Origin: a bacterium
GTDB lineage: Bacteria > UBA8248
Assembly: GCA_965213625.1 (NCBI GenBank)
Contig: CBDBZU010000004.1
Span: forward strand, 1,696,001 to 1,760,000
Reading direction: 5' to 3'
DNA length: 64,000 bases
In this document: positions 1-11,240 of the stretch, piece by piece
Numbering within the stretch: position 1 is the first letter of the stretch
Layout of the letters: the number at the start of each line of letters is the position of its first letter
The notes under the pieces: generated by a model
What the model was told of the DNA's origin: nothing
What the model saw: only the letters and a program-made list of their open reading frames with translations
Databases searched by the model: none
Translations under genes and position numbers: made by a program

Positions 1-2
1 CC

Positions 3-551
3 GTGGGGGCGTATGGTTATTTTCTCAGCACGACCGACGGCGGCCGCACCTGGAAGCCGCGAACCATCGACAAGGATGATTTCCACCTGAACGCCCTGGT
101 TCCCGCAGGGCCGGGTCGGCTGTTCATCGCCGGTGAGGCGGGCGCGATCTACCGCAGCGACGATGGCGGCGACACCTGGCGCAAGCTCGCCTCGCCCTAC
201 GCCGGCTCGTGGTTCTCCGCACTCGCGCTCGATGTGAACGAGTTGCTGCTCATGGGCCTCCGGGGCAATATGTATCGCTCAGAAGACGGGGGCGAGAGCT
301 GGACCCAGGTACGCACGGGGACGAAGGCGACCCTGACGGGAGCGCTCCTTGTGAAGCCCGAACTCATGCTCGTCACAGGCCTCGAAGGCGCCCTGCTCGT
401 GAGCCGGGACGGCGGGCGCAGCGTATCGACCGACGCCGCCTTCCGGCCGCTGACCTCGCGCCTGGGAGTCTCCAAAGCGCTCGCACTCCCTGATGGGCGG
501 GTGCTGCTGCTCGGAGAGTTCGGGGCCAGACGCCTGCCCCGGGCCGAATAG
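3..551 (+). CDS. YCF48/BNR-repeat beta-propeller protein (5' partial)
   Basis: Repeated S/T-x-D-G-G-x-T/S-W Asp-box motifs; directly upstream of an RND/MMPL gene, the usual pairing. Confidence 0.85.
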   Translation: MGAYGYFLSTTDGGRTWKPRTIDKDDFHLNALVPAGPGRLFIAGEAGAIYRSDDGGDTWRKLASPYAGSWFSALALDVNELLLMGLRGNMYRSEDGGESWTQVRTGTKATLTGALLVKPELMLVTGLEGALLVSRDGGRSVSTDAAFRPLTSRLGVSKALALPDGRVLLLGEFGARRLPRAE

Positions 552-561
552 ACTTTACACC

Positions 562-2910
562 ATGCAGGACGCCTCCTCTCCTCCCAAAACATCCCCGGTT
601 ACGGCCCTGCTCGAGCGCGCGCTGTTCTCACGCCGTTCGTGGGTGCTCGCCGCTTTTCTCATCGTCACGCTGGTGATGGCCTGGCAGGCCACGGGACTGC
701 GCGTCGACGCAGGCTTCACCAAGCTGGTGCCGCTCGAACACGAGTACATGCGAACCTTCGTGAAGCATCGCGCCGCGTTCGGGGGCGCGGACCGCGTGGC
801 GGTGGCGCTCGTGGCGCGGGAGGGCGACATCTTCAGCCCGGAGTTCTTCGCCCTGCTACAGAAGGTGAACGACGCCGTCTTCTTCGTGCCGGGCGTCGAC
901 CGCACACAGGTCTATTCCGTGGTGACGCCGAACGTGCGCTACAACGAGGTGGTCGAGGACGGCATCGTCGCCGGCAACGTGCTGCCGCCTGATTTCAAGC
1001 CGACCAAGGCCGGTTTCGCGCGGGTGCGGGAGAACATCATCAAGGCGGGTATCGTGGGCAGGCTGGTGGCGAACGATTTTTCCGCCGCGCTTGTGAGCGC
1101 GAGGCTCCAGGAGTTTCATCCCGACACCGGTGAGCGGCTCGATTACCTGGAAGTCGCGCGGGCGCTCGAAGCCATCCGAAAAGACGCCGAGGCCGGCGGC
1201 GTGGCGAAAGTCCACATCATCGGGTTCGCGAAAGTCGTGGGCGAGATTGCGGACGGCGCAGCCCAGGTTTTGTTGTTTTTCGGCCTGGCCGTCTTGGTCA
1301 CCGCCCTCTTCGTATACGCCTATACCCGCTCGGTCCGTCTCACGGCGATGCCGCTCGCGTGTTCCCTGGTCGCGGTTGTCTGGCAGCTCGGCGCGCTCAC
1401 GGGTCTTGGCTTCGGCGTCGACCCGATGTCGATCCTGGTGCCGTTTCTGGTCTTCGCCATCGGGGTGAGCCACGGGGTGCAGATGGTGAACGCCGTGCAG
1501 GCCGAAGGGGGCGGCGGCGTTCCCGCCGCGCGGGCGAGCTTCCGCCGCCTGCTGCTGCCGGGCGCCGTGGCGCTTGCGTCCGACGCCATCGGGTTCGTGG
1601 CCATCGCGCTCATACCCGTGCGCGTCATCCAGGAGATAGCCGTCACGGCCAGCCTGGGGGTGGCCGCGATCATCCTGACGAACCTGGGCCTTCTGCCCGT
1701 GGCGCTTTCCTATCTCAAAGCGGAGACGCCGGGGGAGCGCAAGGCTTCGCCCGGACTTCTGGAGGGTCTCTGGAAGCGTGCGGCAAAGGCGGCCAGGCCG
1801 CGACCTGCGATGGTGACGATAGCCGTCGCCGCCGCGCTGCTGGCTCTCGGAGCGCGCTACGCGCCCGAGGTCCGCGTGGGCGACCAGCACCAGGGCGTGC
1901 CGGAGTTGCGCGCAAGCTCCACCTACAACCGCGATACCGCCGCCATCGTCGATCGCTTCAACATCGGCGTGGACGTGCTGACGGTGATCGTGGAGACCAT
2001 ACCGCAAGGATGCGTCGATTACCGCGTGATGCGCCTGATCGACGAGTTCGAGTGGCGCATGCGCAACGTGGAAGGCGTGCGCTCGGTGGTCGCGCTCGCC
2101 GGAATCGTCCGCAAGCTGAACGCCGGCTGGAACGAGGGGAACCTCAAGTGGCGCGCGCTGCCGCGCAACCGACACGCGCTGGCCGAATCGGTCTCCCTCG
2201 TGCCGACGAGCACGGGCCTGCTGAACGGCGACTGTTCGGCGATGCCGGTGCTCATCTACACCGCCGACCACAAGGCGCAGACCATCCGCGGGGTCGTCAC
2301 TGCAGTTAAGGCGTTCAACGAAACAAAGCGCGACGAGCGGGTCGCCTTCCGCCTCGCTGCGGGAAACGTCGGCGTGATGGCGGCGACGAACGAGGAGATA
2401 GAGGCGTCGCAGTTCCCGATTCTGGGCTACGTGTACGCCGCTGTAATCCTGCTCTGCCTGATCTCGTTCCGATCGGTGGCGGCGACCGTCTGCATCGTCG
2501 CGCCCCTGGCGCTCGTCTCCCTCCTCGCCTACGCGCTGATGGCGTTTCTGGAAATTGGCTTAAAGGTCTCCACCCTGCCTGTGGTGGCGCTGGGCGTGGG
2601 CATCGGCGTGGACTACGGGATATACATCTGCGGGCGGCTGCTCTCCTATATGAGAGAGGGGCTCGATTTCGCCGCCGCCTATGAGCGGACGCTCGCCACC
2701 ACCGGGGCGGGCGTGGTGCTCACCGGCCTCACGCTGGCCGTGGGTGTGGCGACCTGGATTCTCGCGGCGCTCAAGCTCCAGGCCGACATGGGCACGGTGC
2801 TCTCGTTCATGTTCCTGGTGAACATGGTGGGCGCCATCGCGCTGCTGCCCGCCCTGGGCGCGTTCTTGATGAAGGGGAAGCGGGCGAGGGGTAAGGGAGT
2901 GGGGGAGTAG
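562..2910 (+). CDS. RND superfamily / MMPL-family transporter
   Basis: Two repeats of TM + large periplasmic loop + 5 TM; GIGVDYGIY motif; start moved to ATG 562. Confidence 0.9.
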   Translation: MQDASSPPKTSPVTALLERALFSRRSWVLAAFLIVTLVMAWQATGLRVDAGFTKLVPLEHEYMRTFVKHRAAFGGADRVAVALVAREGDIFSPEFFALLQKVNDAVFFVPGVDRTQVYSVVTPNVRYNEVVEDGIVAGNVLPPDFKPTKAGFARVRENIIKAGIVGRLVANDFSAALVSARLQEFHPDTGERLDYLEVARALEAIRKDAEAGGVAKVHIIGFAKVVGEIADGAAQVLLFFGLAVLVTALFVYAYTRSVRLTAMPLACSLVAVVWQLGALTGLGFGVDPMSILVPFLVFAIGVSHGVQMVNAVQAEGGGGVPAARASFRRLLLPGAVALASDAIGFVAIALIPVRVIQEIAVTASLGVAAIILTNLGLLPVALSYLKAETPGERKASPGLLEGLWKRAAKAARPRPAMVTIAVAAALLALGARYAPEVRVGDQHQGVPELRASSTYNRDTAAIVDRFNIGVDVLTVIVETIPQGCVDYRVMRLIDEFEWRMRNVEGVRSVVALAGIVRKLNAGWNEGNLKWRALPRNRHALAESVSLVPTSTGLLNGDCSAMPVLIYTADHKAQTIRGVVTAVKAFNETKRDERVAFRLAAGNVGVMAATNEEIEASQFPILGYVYAAVILLCLISFRSVAATVCIVAPLALVSLLAYALMAFLEIGLKVSTLPVVALGVGIGVDYGIYICGRLLSYMREGLDFAAAYERTLATTGAGVVLTGLTLAVGVATWILAALKLQADMGTVLSFMFLVNMVGAIALLPALGAFLMKGKRARGKGVGE

Positions 2911-2985
2911 GGGCAAACACGATAGATGGATGAGTGTTGAAAAACCTCACAAAAAGAGCGCGGTGAATTTCACTCCCCCCTTGAG

Positions 2986-4505
2986 GGGGCTGTTGAAAAA
3001 GCCCCGGCATTGTGATTGGGTGTAATGACACTATCTCGCCCGAGATGGGAGTTCCCTCGATGATAGGCAGCAAGAGGCGCGAGCAGATGGATTTGTTCGT
3101 GGCCGGTTCGCTGGAACGGCTGATCCCCGAGGATCACGTCCTGATGCGCGTGGACCACGTACTGGATTTGAGCTGGCTACGGGAGGAGGTGGCGGATTGC
3201 TATTGCGCGGATAACGGTCGTCCGGGGATCGACCCGGAGGTGGCGCTCCGCTTGATGCTGGCGGGTATGTTGCTGGGCTACGTACACGACCGTCGCCTGC
3301 TTCGCGAGGCGCGTGCGCACCTGGCGATCCGGTGGTTCATCGGGTACGGGCTGCACGAGGAGTTGCCGCATCATTCGAGCCTGACGCGGATACGTCAGCG
3401 CTGGGGGGAGGCACGGTTCAAGGAGATATTCCGTCGCACGGTGCAGGCTTGCCTGGAGGCGAATGTGGCGAAGGGGGAAGTGGTGCACGTGGACGCCTCG
3501 TTGATACGCGCGGACGTGAGCTGGGAGAGCCTGGCGGCGCACCACGCGGAGAAGGTGATTCAGGAGAATCCCGTCGATGATGAGGTCGGGAAGAAGGGAG
3601 GAGGCCGCGGTGGCGGGGGTCCGGTGAGCCGGACGGACCCGGACGCGCGGCTTGCGCGCAAGAGCGCGCGGGCGGGGTTCGAGCCGAGCTACAAGCAGCA
3701 CGCGGCGGTGGACGATGAGCGGGGTGTTGTTCTCGACGTGTCGGTGACGGAGGGGACGCGGAACGAGCGTGAGATGATGGCGTCCCATATAGAGGCGGTA
3801 AGCGAGTTGTCGGGCCGCACGCCGGAGATGGTGACGGCGGATTCGGGGTACGCGTACTCGAAGGTTTACGGCGAATTGGAGCGGCGGGGCGTGGAAGCGC
3901 TGATACCAGCGAAGAAGGAACCCAGCCAGAGCCGTGTTCCGCTGCAGTTGTTCCACTACGACGCGCGCAACGAGGTGGTGAAGTGTCCGGGAGGCAAGAC
4001 GCTGCGCCCCCGGCAGGCGACGGAGCGGGGGCGCTCCTATGTATCGAAGACGCGGGATTGCGCGGGCTGCGCGCTCAGGCCCGATTGTCTGTCGAAGTCG
4101 CGCACGAGCAGGACGGTGTTGATTCCGCACGCGTATCCGGCGCTGTTGCGCGCGCGTCGGCGGCATGCGCGCTGGGGGGAGGAGGAGAAGCGTCTCTATG
4201 GCCGCCACCGTTGGCGCTCGGAGGGCTACCACGGCGAGGCGAAGAGCCGGCACGGACTGGGGCGGGCGGTGCGCCGGGGCCTTGCGAACATGCGGATCCA
4301 GTCCTACCTGACGGCGATAGCGGTGAACCTCAAGCGGCTGGCCGCCGCTTTTGCGGCGCGTATATTCGCCTTGTGGACGGCCTGTGCCGCCCGGAGACGC
4401 CGGCTGCGCGCACATGGCGCCCTCACGCGCCGATTGGGCTGCCTCCCCGCCGCCGCGTGAGCCGCCAAAACGCCCGCTTCCAACACCGGGTTTTTCAACA
4501 GACCC
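2986..4505 (+). mobile_element. IS1182-family insertion sequence
   Basis: Terminal inverted repeats GGGGCTGTTGAAAAA / TTTTTCAACAGACCC; TTGAG duplicated on both sides; encloses the transposase. Confidence 0.9.
3060..4460 (+). CDS. IS1182-family DDE transposase
   Basis: GRPGIDPE, HVDAS, SRTDPDA, ADSGY, CxxCxxRxxC and E..HGEAK motifs typical of IS1182. Confidence 0.92.
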   Translation: MIGSKRREQMDLFVAGSLERLIPEDHVLMRVDHVLDLSWLREEVADCYCADNGRPGIDPEVALRLMLAGMLLGYVHDRRLLREARAHLAIRWFIGYGLHEELPHHSSLTRIRQRWGEARFKEIFRRTVQACLEANVAKGEVVHVDASLIRADVSWESLAAHHAEKVIQENPVDDEVGKKGGGRGGGGPVSRTDPDARLARKSARAGFEPSYKQHAAVDDERGVVLDVSVTEGTRNEREMMASHIEAVSELSGRTPEMVTADSGYAYSKVYGELERRGVEALIPAKKEPSQSRVPLQLFHYDARNEVVKCPGGKTLRPRQATERGRSYVSKTRDCAGCALRPDCLSKSRTSRTVLIPHAYPALLRARRRHARWGEEEKRLYGRHRWRSEGYHGEAKSRHGLGRAVRRGLANMRIQSYLTAIAVNLKRLAAAFAARIFALWTACAARRRRLRAHGALTRRLGCLPAAA

Positions 4506-5360
4506 TTGAGGGGGAGTCGAAGAGTTGAGGGCGTAAGCCCGAAAGCGATTCGGTGGGGGGTATAACTCGGAGTGGCGATAAAACGAGATACACCCCCCAC
4601 CGAATCGGCCTTCGCATAAACCGCTCGGCCTCATCGACTCCCCCTCAAGGGGGGAGTGATTCTTCTCTCTCCTCGGCAGGTAATATACGCCCGGTCTCGA
4701 AACCAGAACTGTTTCAACAACCCCCTCAAGGGGCTGTTGAAAAGGCCTCGTCTGCGACCCTCGCAAACCGTTAACACCTCTTTCCTCACCCTGAGTAGCG
4801 GCGAAGCCGCGTATCGAAGGGCGCTCCCTCGATACGGCGCGCAAGCGCGCCTACTCGGGATGAGGGGGGAGTGATTCCCGAACCGCGCCTTACAGAAACG
4901 ACGTGCGACCGCTCCCTCCTCGGTCGGGCCATATCCTCCCGCATCGGAGTTGTTGAAGAAGATATTGTTTCCCCCCGGTCGGCGACATGATGATCCCGTA
5001 GCGGACAGGCTCAGGGCAGGCCCTTCGGTACAAACGCTCCTTTCTCAGTGGCGTTCTACCTTCGGCGGCTACTCAGGGTGAGGGTGATATGACGGCTGCT
5101 CAAGGTGAGAAAAATAAAAAATTCCCTCATCCCGAGCAGGCCCGCAAGGGCCGTATCGAGGGACGCCGCCATAGGCACAGGGGCCTGTCCCTACCAAAAA
5201 CGGTCTATGCGTTTTCTGGTTCGTCATTCCGGCATGCGCCGGAATGACGGTGAGTAATCTCGATTTGAATTGGAAGGAAGCCCCCGTCAGGACAGGCCCC
5301 CGCGCCGTCTTCATTCCTCGGTCATCATTACCCGCAAGGGCGGTTCGCGAACCGCCCTTG
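4506..5360. repeat. Cluster of REP-like palindromes (several families) and IS-end-like motifs
   Basis: CACTCCCCCCTTGAGGGGGAGTCG in inverted pair; CTCA(C/T)CC(T/C)GAG..GTATCGAAGGG doublets; CGTCATTCCGGCATGCGCCGGAATGACG; no credible ORF. Confidence 0.75.
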
Positions 5361-5392
5361 CAGCCGATGAACCGAAGATGGACTCCTCCGCT

Positions 5393-6217
5393 CTAAAGCG
5401 GCGGGGCGGTCGCCTTGATGGTGACGGACACCTGTTGAAAGGTTTTTACGAACCTCGTGGTGTTCGCCGCGATGGCCTCGAAGATTTTCTCTCCCTTCTC
5501 AGCCGATGCCAGAGTGGCCGCGCCGCCGACCCCCATCGCTTCGCGGTTTTGTCCGTATTCCTCCATCGTCGGCGGAAAGGAGAGTTTTGGATTTTCGACC
5601 CGGTTGACGGCGTGGTCCACGGAGACGAAGCGGTGCTCGAATTCGCCCACCTCGGGTATGGCGTCCACCGCGCGCTCCATCCGCACCTGTTCCCCGTACT
5701 TGTAGAGCATGAAGGAGGTTTCTGATTCGCACCCGTGGCCGACGCCTCCCGGGGGACTCTCGCAAACGTCGCGGATTTCCTTGCCGGCGATGAGGGCCAG
5801 GTCCACGATGGCGACCGCCGCGCCTGTTAAGTTCCTCACCCGCACGACGGCGATCTCTATCGGCGGGAGGTTCGCGACCCGGTGGCCGTTCAAGATAACG
5901 ATATGCTTGAAGCCGTGAACCACGAGGCTGTTGCATACGTCCTCGACGACGCGCGTGAGCGTCTCCGCGGCGATCGATATCGTACCCGGAAACGCGAGAT
6001 GATGCGGCGACCACCCGAACCACAGGGGAGCGGCGATAAGGGCGTCCGCCCGCCCGGCCACTTCTTCCGCGGTCGCGATGGCCTCGGCCGCGTCCGTTCC
6101 CAGCGGGCAGTGCGGCCCGTGCTGCTCCGTGGCGCCGACGGGCACGAGCGCCGTACTCCCGCGCTCCAGGTATTCCGCCACGTCCGGCCAGGTGAGTTCC
6201 TGTATCCAGCGGCTCAT
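5393..6217 (-). CDS. Creatininase family amidohydrolase
   Basis: PVGATEQHGPHCPLGTD, NGH, HGCESETS motifs; start at MSRWIQELTW. Confidence 0.9.
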   Translation of the reverse strand: MSRWIQELTWPDVAEYLERGSTALVPVGATEQHGPHCPLGTDAAEAIATAEEVAGRADALIAAPLWFGWSPHHLAFPGTISIAAETLTRVVEDVCNSLVVHGFKHIVILNGHRVANLPPIEIAVVRVRNLTGAAVAIVDLALIAGKEIRDVCESPPGGVGHGCESETSFMLYKYGEQVRMERAVDAIPEVGEFEHRFVSVDHAVNRVENPKLSFPPTMEEYGQNREAMGVGGAATLASAEKGEKIFEAIAANTTRFVKTFQQVSVTIKATAPPL

Positions 6218-6252
6218 GAATTTTCTCCTCGTTGTCTTCCGGCTCTTTTCAG

Positions 6253-6720
6253 TTACGACGTGGGCTCCACCCACCCCGACCAGCTGCGCCTTAAGGCCTC
6301 GCATTCGGCCACGCGAACCCCCGTGACGAGCGCCACGGATTGATTCCCCATCTCCAGGAGTTTTTCGACGGAATAGTCTCCATAGTCGGTCCGCCCCATT
6401 TCCGCGTGGCGCGCGCCCAGGACGAGCGTCTCGACCTTCGCCAGGACGATGGCCCAGCAGCACATCGGGCAGGGCTCCATCGCCGTGTAGAGCGTCGAGC
6501 CGGGCAGGTCGGGCGCGCCCAGTTCGCGGCATGCGTTCCGGATGGCGTCGGTCTCGCCGTGGCAGGTGGGGTCGTTGTGGGAGACGGCGCGGTTCTGCCC
6601 CCTGCCGATGATTTCTCCGTCCCTCACGATGATGGAGCCGACGGGCGGGTTCCCCGCCTCGAGCGCGAGACGGGACTCCTCGAGCGTCAATCCCATGAAG
6701 TGATGATGATCTTCGGTCAT
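6253..6720 (-). CDS. Nucleoside/tRNA deaminase (cytidine deaminase-like fold)
   Basis: HGE and EPCPMC zinc motifs; PVGSIIV; GGAGG RBS before MTEDHHHF. Confidence 0.88.
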   Translation of the reverse strand: MTEDHHHFMGLTLEESRLALEAGNPPVGSIIVRDGEIIGRGQNRAVSHNDPTCHGETDAIRNACRELGAPDLPGSTLYTAMEPCPMCCWAIVLAKVETLVLGARHAEMGRTDYGDYSVEKLLEMGNQSVALVTGVRVAECEALRRSWSGWVEPTS

Positions 6721-7306
6721 TGAAGTTCCTCCAGGCTTAAGGCGTGATGAACAACGCAGGCGTCTGAGAGCGCGCGCCCGCCGAACCCCGGTGGACGTTC
6801 GCTCGATGCGTACTCCAATCAGGATGCCCGCCCCGAGATTCAGGCGCCCCTCCCGACCCTTGCGCGGGTTCCATGAGACTTGAGGCGTATTTTCCCACCG
6901 ATCGGCCTTCGATGCGAACGGGCGCGGTTCGAAGACTCCTGAACCTGGAGATGCGCCGTGGAGCGCTCTCGAAAATCGCCCCGGATTCATGGAGAGCGCG
7001 GGCGCATTTTCGCGCATTTGCCCTTGGCGGCGAGGTTTCGGGTCGGTTATGGTGGCGCTGCCCAAAGAAGTCGAAACGGAAAATGAATTTCTGAAAAATT
7101 CGATAAATTTGGATAAATTCACGGGGTTATTCGATAAATAACCGTTCATTGATTTCCTGGGAAAGGACGCCGCCAGGTTGCAGCGCAGCGCAGGGGAATT
7201 CTGCCATGGTCCACGTCTTGCGCGATGACGGCAAATGCGCGGAATTGCAGGGCGGAATTTCTCCTGTCGGCCGCGCTTCGCATGCCCATATAAGAGGTTG
7301 TTCTTT

Positions 7307-7783
7307 ATGAGGGTATTCGTGCGATCCATTTCGATAACCGGCTTTGTCTGCGCCGCAGCGCTCGCCTGCGGCCTGATCCCGCCGCCATCCGCCGCCGCCC
7401 GGAGCTTCGAGAAGGGGGTGGTGCGCATCACCCAGGAGGGGCGCGAGGCCGCGGTTTCGGTGGAGATCGCCCGCAACGCCAAATCCCGCGCACAGGGCCT
7501 CATGAACAGGGAGCGGCTGGCCGAAAACGCCGGTATGCTCTTTGTTTACAAGGATGATGCAAGGCGGTTCTTCTGGATGAAGAACACGTTGATTCCCCTC
7601 TCGCTGGCCTTCATCGACTCGAAGGGCGTGATTCTCGAGATCATCCACTTGCAGCCCCACAAGCCGGGGACGCGGATTCCTTCCTACCGCTCGCGCAACA
7701 AGGTTCGCTGGGTGCTGGAGGTGAACCAGGGCTGGTTCTTGAGAAACGGCTTCGGGCTGGGCGCGCGCGTATTTCTGGAGTGA
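7307..7783 (+). CDS. DUF192 family exported protein
   Basis: VEIA..RAQGLM.R..GMLF..FWMKNTLIPL..VLEVN.G signature; signal peptide. Confidence 0.88.
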   Translation: MRVFVRSISITGFVCAAALACGLIPPPSAAARSFEKGVVRITQEGREAAVSVEIARNAKSRAQGLMNRERLAENAGMLFVYKDDARRFFWMKNTLIPLSLAFIDSKGVILEIIHLQPHKPGTRIPSYRSRNKVRWVLEVNQGWFLRNGFGLGARVFLE

Positions 7784-7790
7784 GAGCGGG

Positions 7791-8849
7791 CTATACCTTC
7801 GCCGCCGCAGGCGCTTTCTCGCCCAGGGGCAGGAGGGGCATGACCTGGGATGCGAATCGCTCCATTTCTTCGAACATGGGATGGAACTGGAGCAGGAACA
7901 ATTCCACACCCGCCTCATGAAACGCCATGATGCGCTCGGCGATGGTCTCAGGCGAGCCGACGAGGCCCGTCGCCGTGCCGCCGTTCGAGCCCACGCCGCC
8001 CCCCTTCGCGCTCGTTTTCTTGTGCTGGGCGGCCTTGTCGACCCCTTTGAGCTTGGGCGTTTCGGTGATGAGCGAGAAAAGGCGCGCGAGTTCCGCCCGG
8101 GCCTCCTCGTCAGTGTCGCGGCAAACGATGAACGAACTCATCCCGTGGCGTATGGCTCTCTCATTGGCTCGCGCCTCATGGTTCACGGCGGCCATCAATG
8201 CCTTCGCGTCTTCGAGCGGACGGCCGTTGTACAGGAAAACGTCCGCGGCTTTGCCGGCCAGCTTCACGGCGGCGGTCGATTCGCCCCCGAAATAAAACGT
8301 GGGCCAGGGCTTTCGGACGGGCTTTGGGGCTGTGACGCCGTCTATTATCTCGAAATACTTGCCCTTGTAGCTGAAGCATTCCTTCGTCCAGTAGGATTTG
8401 AGGATGTGCATGACTTCTTCGGATAGATCGTAGCGCTCATCGTGCGGGGGGAAGGGGATGCCCGCCATCTCGTTTTCCTGCCCCCACCAGCCCGAGACGA
8501 TGTTGATGGCGAATCGTCCCCCGCTGATGCAGTCGATGTTCGCCCCCATCTGGGCGACGAGCGAGGGGTGGCGGTAGGCGCTCTTGGCGGCGACGATGAG
8601 TTCGATTTTCTTCGTGATGGGCGCCAGCGCCGCCGCGGTGATCCAGGCCTCCAGAACCGGCGCGCCCAAGCCCTTGATGCTGTTGAGGCTCCTATCCAGT
8701 AAGAGGGTGCTTTCGAAGCCCAACTCTTCCGCCCGTTGAATATAGCGTGCATTGTGGGCGAAGGAGGCCTCTTTCACCGTTTCGGGCTTTTCGATCCGCC
8801 CCAGAAACGTGCCCCACACGGGCGCCCACACACCCATTCTCAGCGTCAT
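7791..8849 (-). CDS. LLM-class flavin-dependent oxidoreductase (SsuD/SfnG-like)
   Basis: AEELGF, GGRFAINIVSGW, YFGGES, LVGSPETIAERI motifs. Confidence 0.88.
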   Translation of the reverse strand: MTLRMGVWAPVWGTFLGRIEKPETVKEASFAHNARYIQRAEELGFESTLLLDRSLNSIKGLGAPVLEAWITAAALAPITKKIELIVAAKSAYRHPSLVAQMGANIDCISGGRFAINIVSGWWGQENEMAGIPFPPHDERYDLSEEVMHILKSYWTKECFSYKGKYFEIIDGVTAPKPVRKPWPTFYFGGESTAAVKLAGKAADVFLYNGRPLEDAKALMAAVNHEARANERAIRHGMSSFIVCRDTDEEARAELARLFSLITETPKLKGVDKAAQHKKTSAKGGGVGSNGGTATGLVGSPETIAERIMAFHEAGVELFLLQFHPMFEEMERFASQVMPLLPLGEKAPAAAKV

Positions 8850-8933
8850 GACGACTCCCATCTACTCGGTTCGATAAGTGGAATTTATCATTAATCGGAT
8901 GCCGAAGTCTTGTGGGGGTTTACGAAACTGGAC

Positions 8934-8970
8934 AAAAAACCCCGCCCGGGTATGGGCCCAGGCGGGGTTT
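8934..8970 (-). terminator. Rho-independent terminator after thiC
   Basis: AAACCCCGCC...GGCGGGGTTT stem followed by a T-run on the minus strand. Confidence 0.7.
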
Positions 8971-8997
8971 GGTGTGATGTGGTCGTTAGAGTTCGGC

Positions 8998-10791
<1,794 letters not shown>

Positions 10792-10899
10792 TCAGATTGG
10801 AATTCACCGGCTTCATACAGGAGAAGGATGAAGCTTTCCCCGCGCGATGAATTCTCTTTATTCACATGTGGCGAAGGGAAAACAGAGGATGTGGAAGAC

Positions 10900-10976
10900 C
10901 TGTCGCTTCCCTACGCCGGCGCTAACCGGTTCAGGTTCGAAGGGTTTGTTCTCAGCCTGCAAGGCACCCCCAGCGA
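10900..10976 (-). ncRNA. TPP riboswitch
   Basis: Minus strand GGGGTGC...GCTGAGA..ACCCTTCGAACCTGAACCGGTTAGCGCCGGCGTAGGGAAG upstream of thiC. Confidence 0.95.
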
Positions 10977-11240
10977 ACTTTCAATCTCGAAGATTAGCAG
11001 TCGTTACGCCGCGAGTCAAAAGGAAAACCATATGAGAAGGACGATTTTATCGACGTTTCCGGTGGCGGGGCGGAAATTTTGTTGTCATGATGGCGGCATG
11101 ATGATTCGGATGTTTATGAAATTACCTGGGCCAGGCCGCAACACCGGGAGCCTTTTCATACGATTACCGTTCTATTCCGGGCGGTTGTCCACGCCTTGGC
11201 GGTAGGCCCGATAGTTCAGGCAACGGATGAGAGAGGACGA

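Noticed and set aside
3177-4844. 555-aa minus-strand ORF over the transposase
   Set aside because: GC-rich shadow frame starting in repeat DNA
4506-5360. Repeat cluster as a possible CRISPR array
   Set aside because: Repeats are inverted, heterogeneous and irregularly spaced; no cas genes; REP-like
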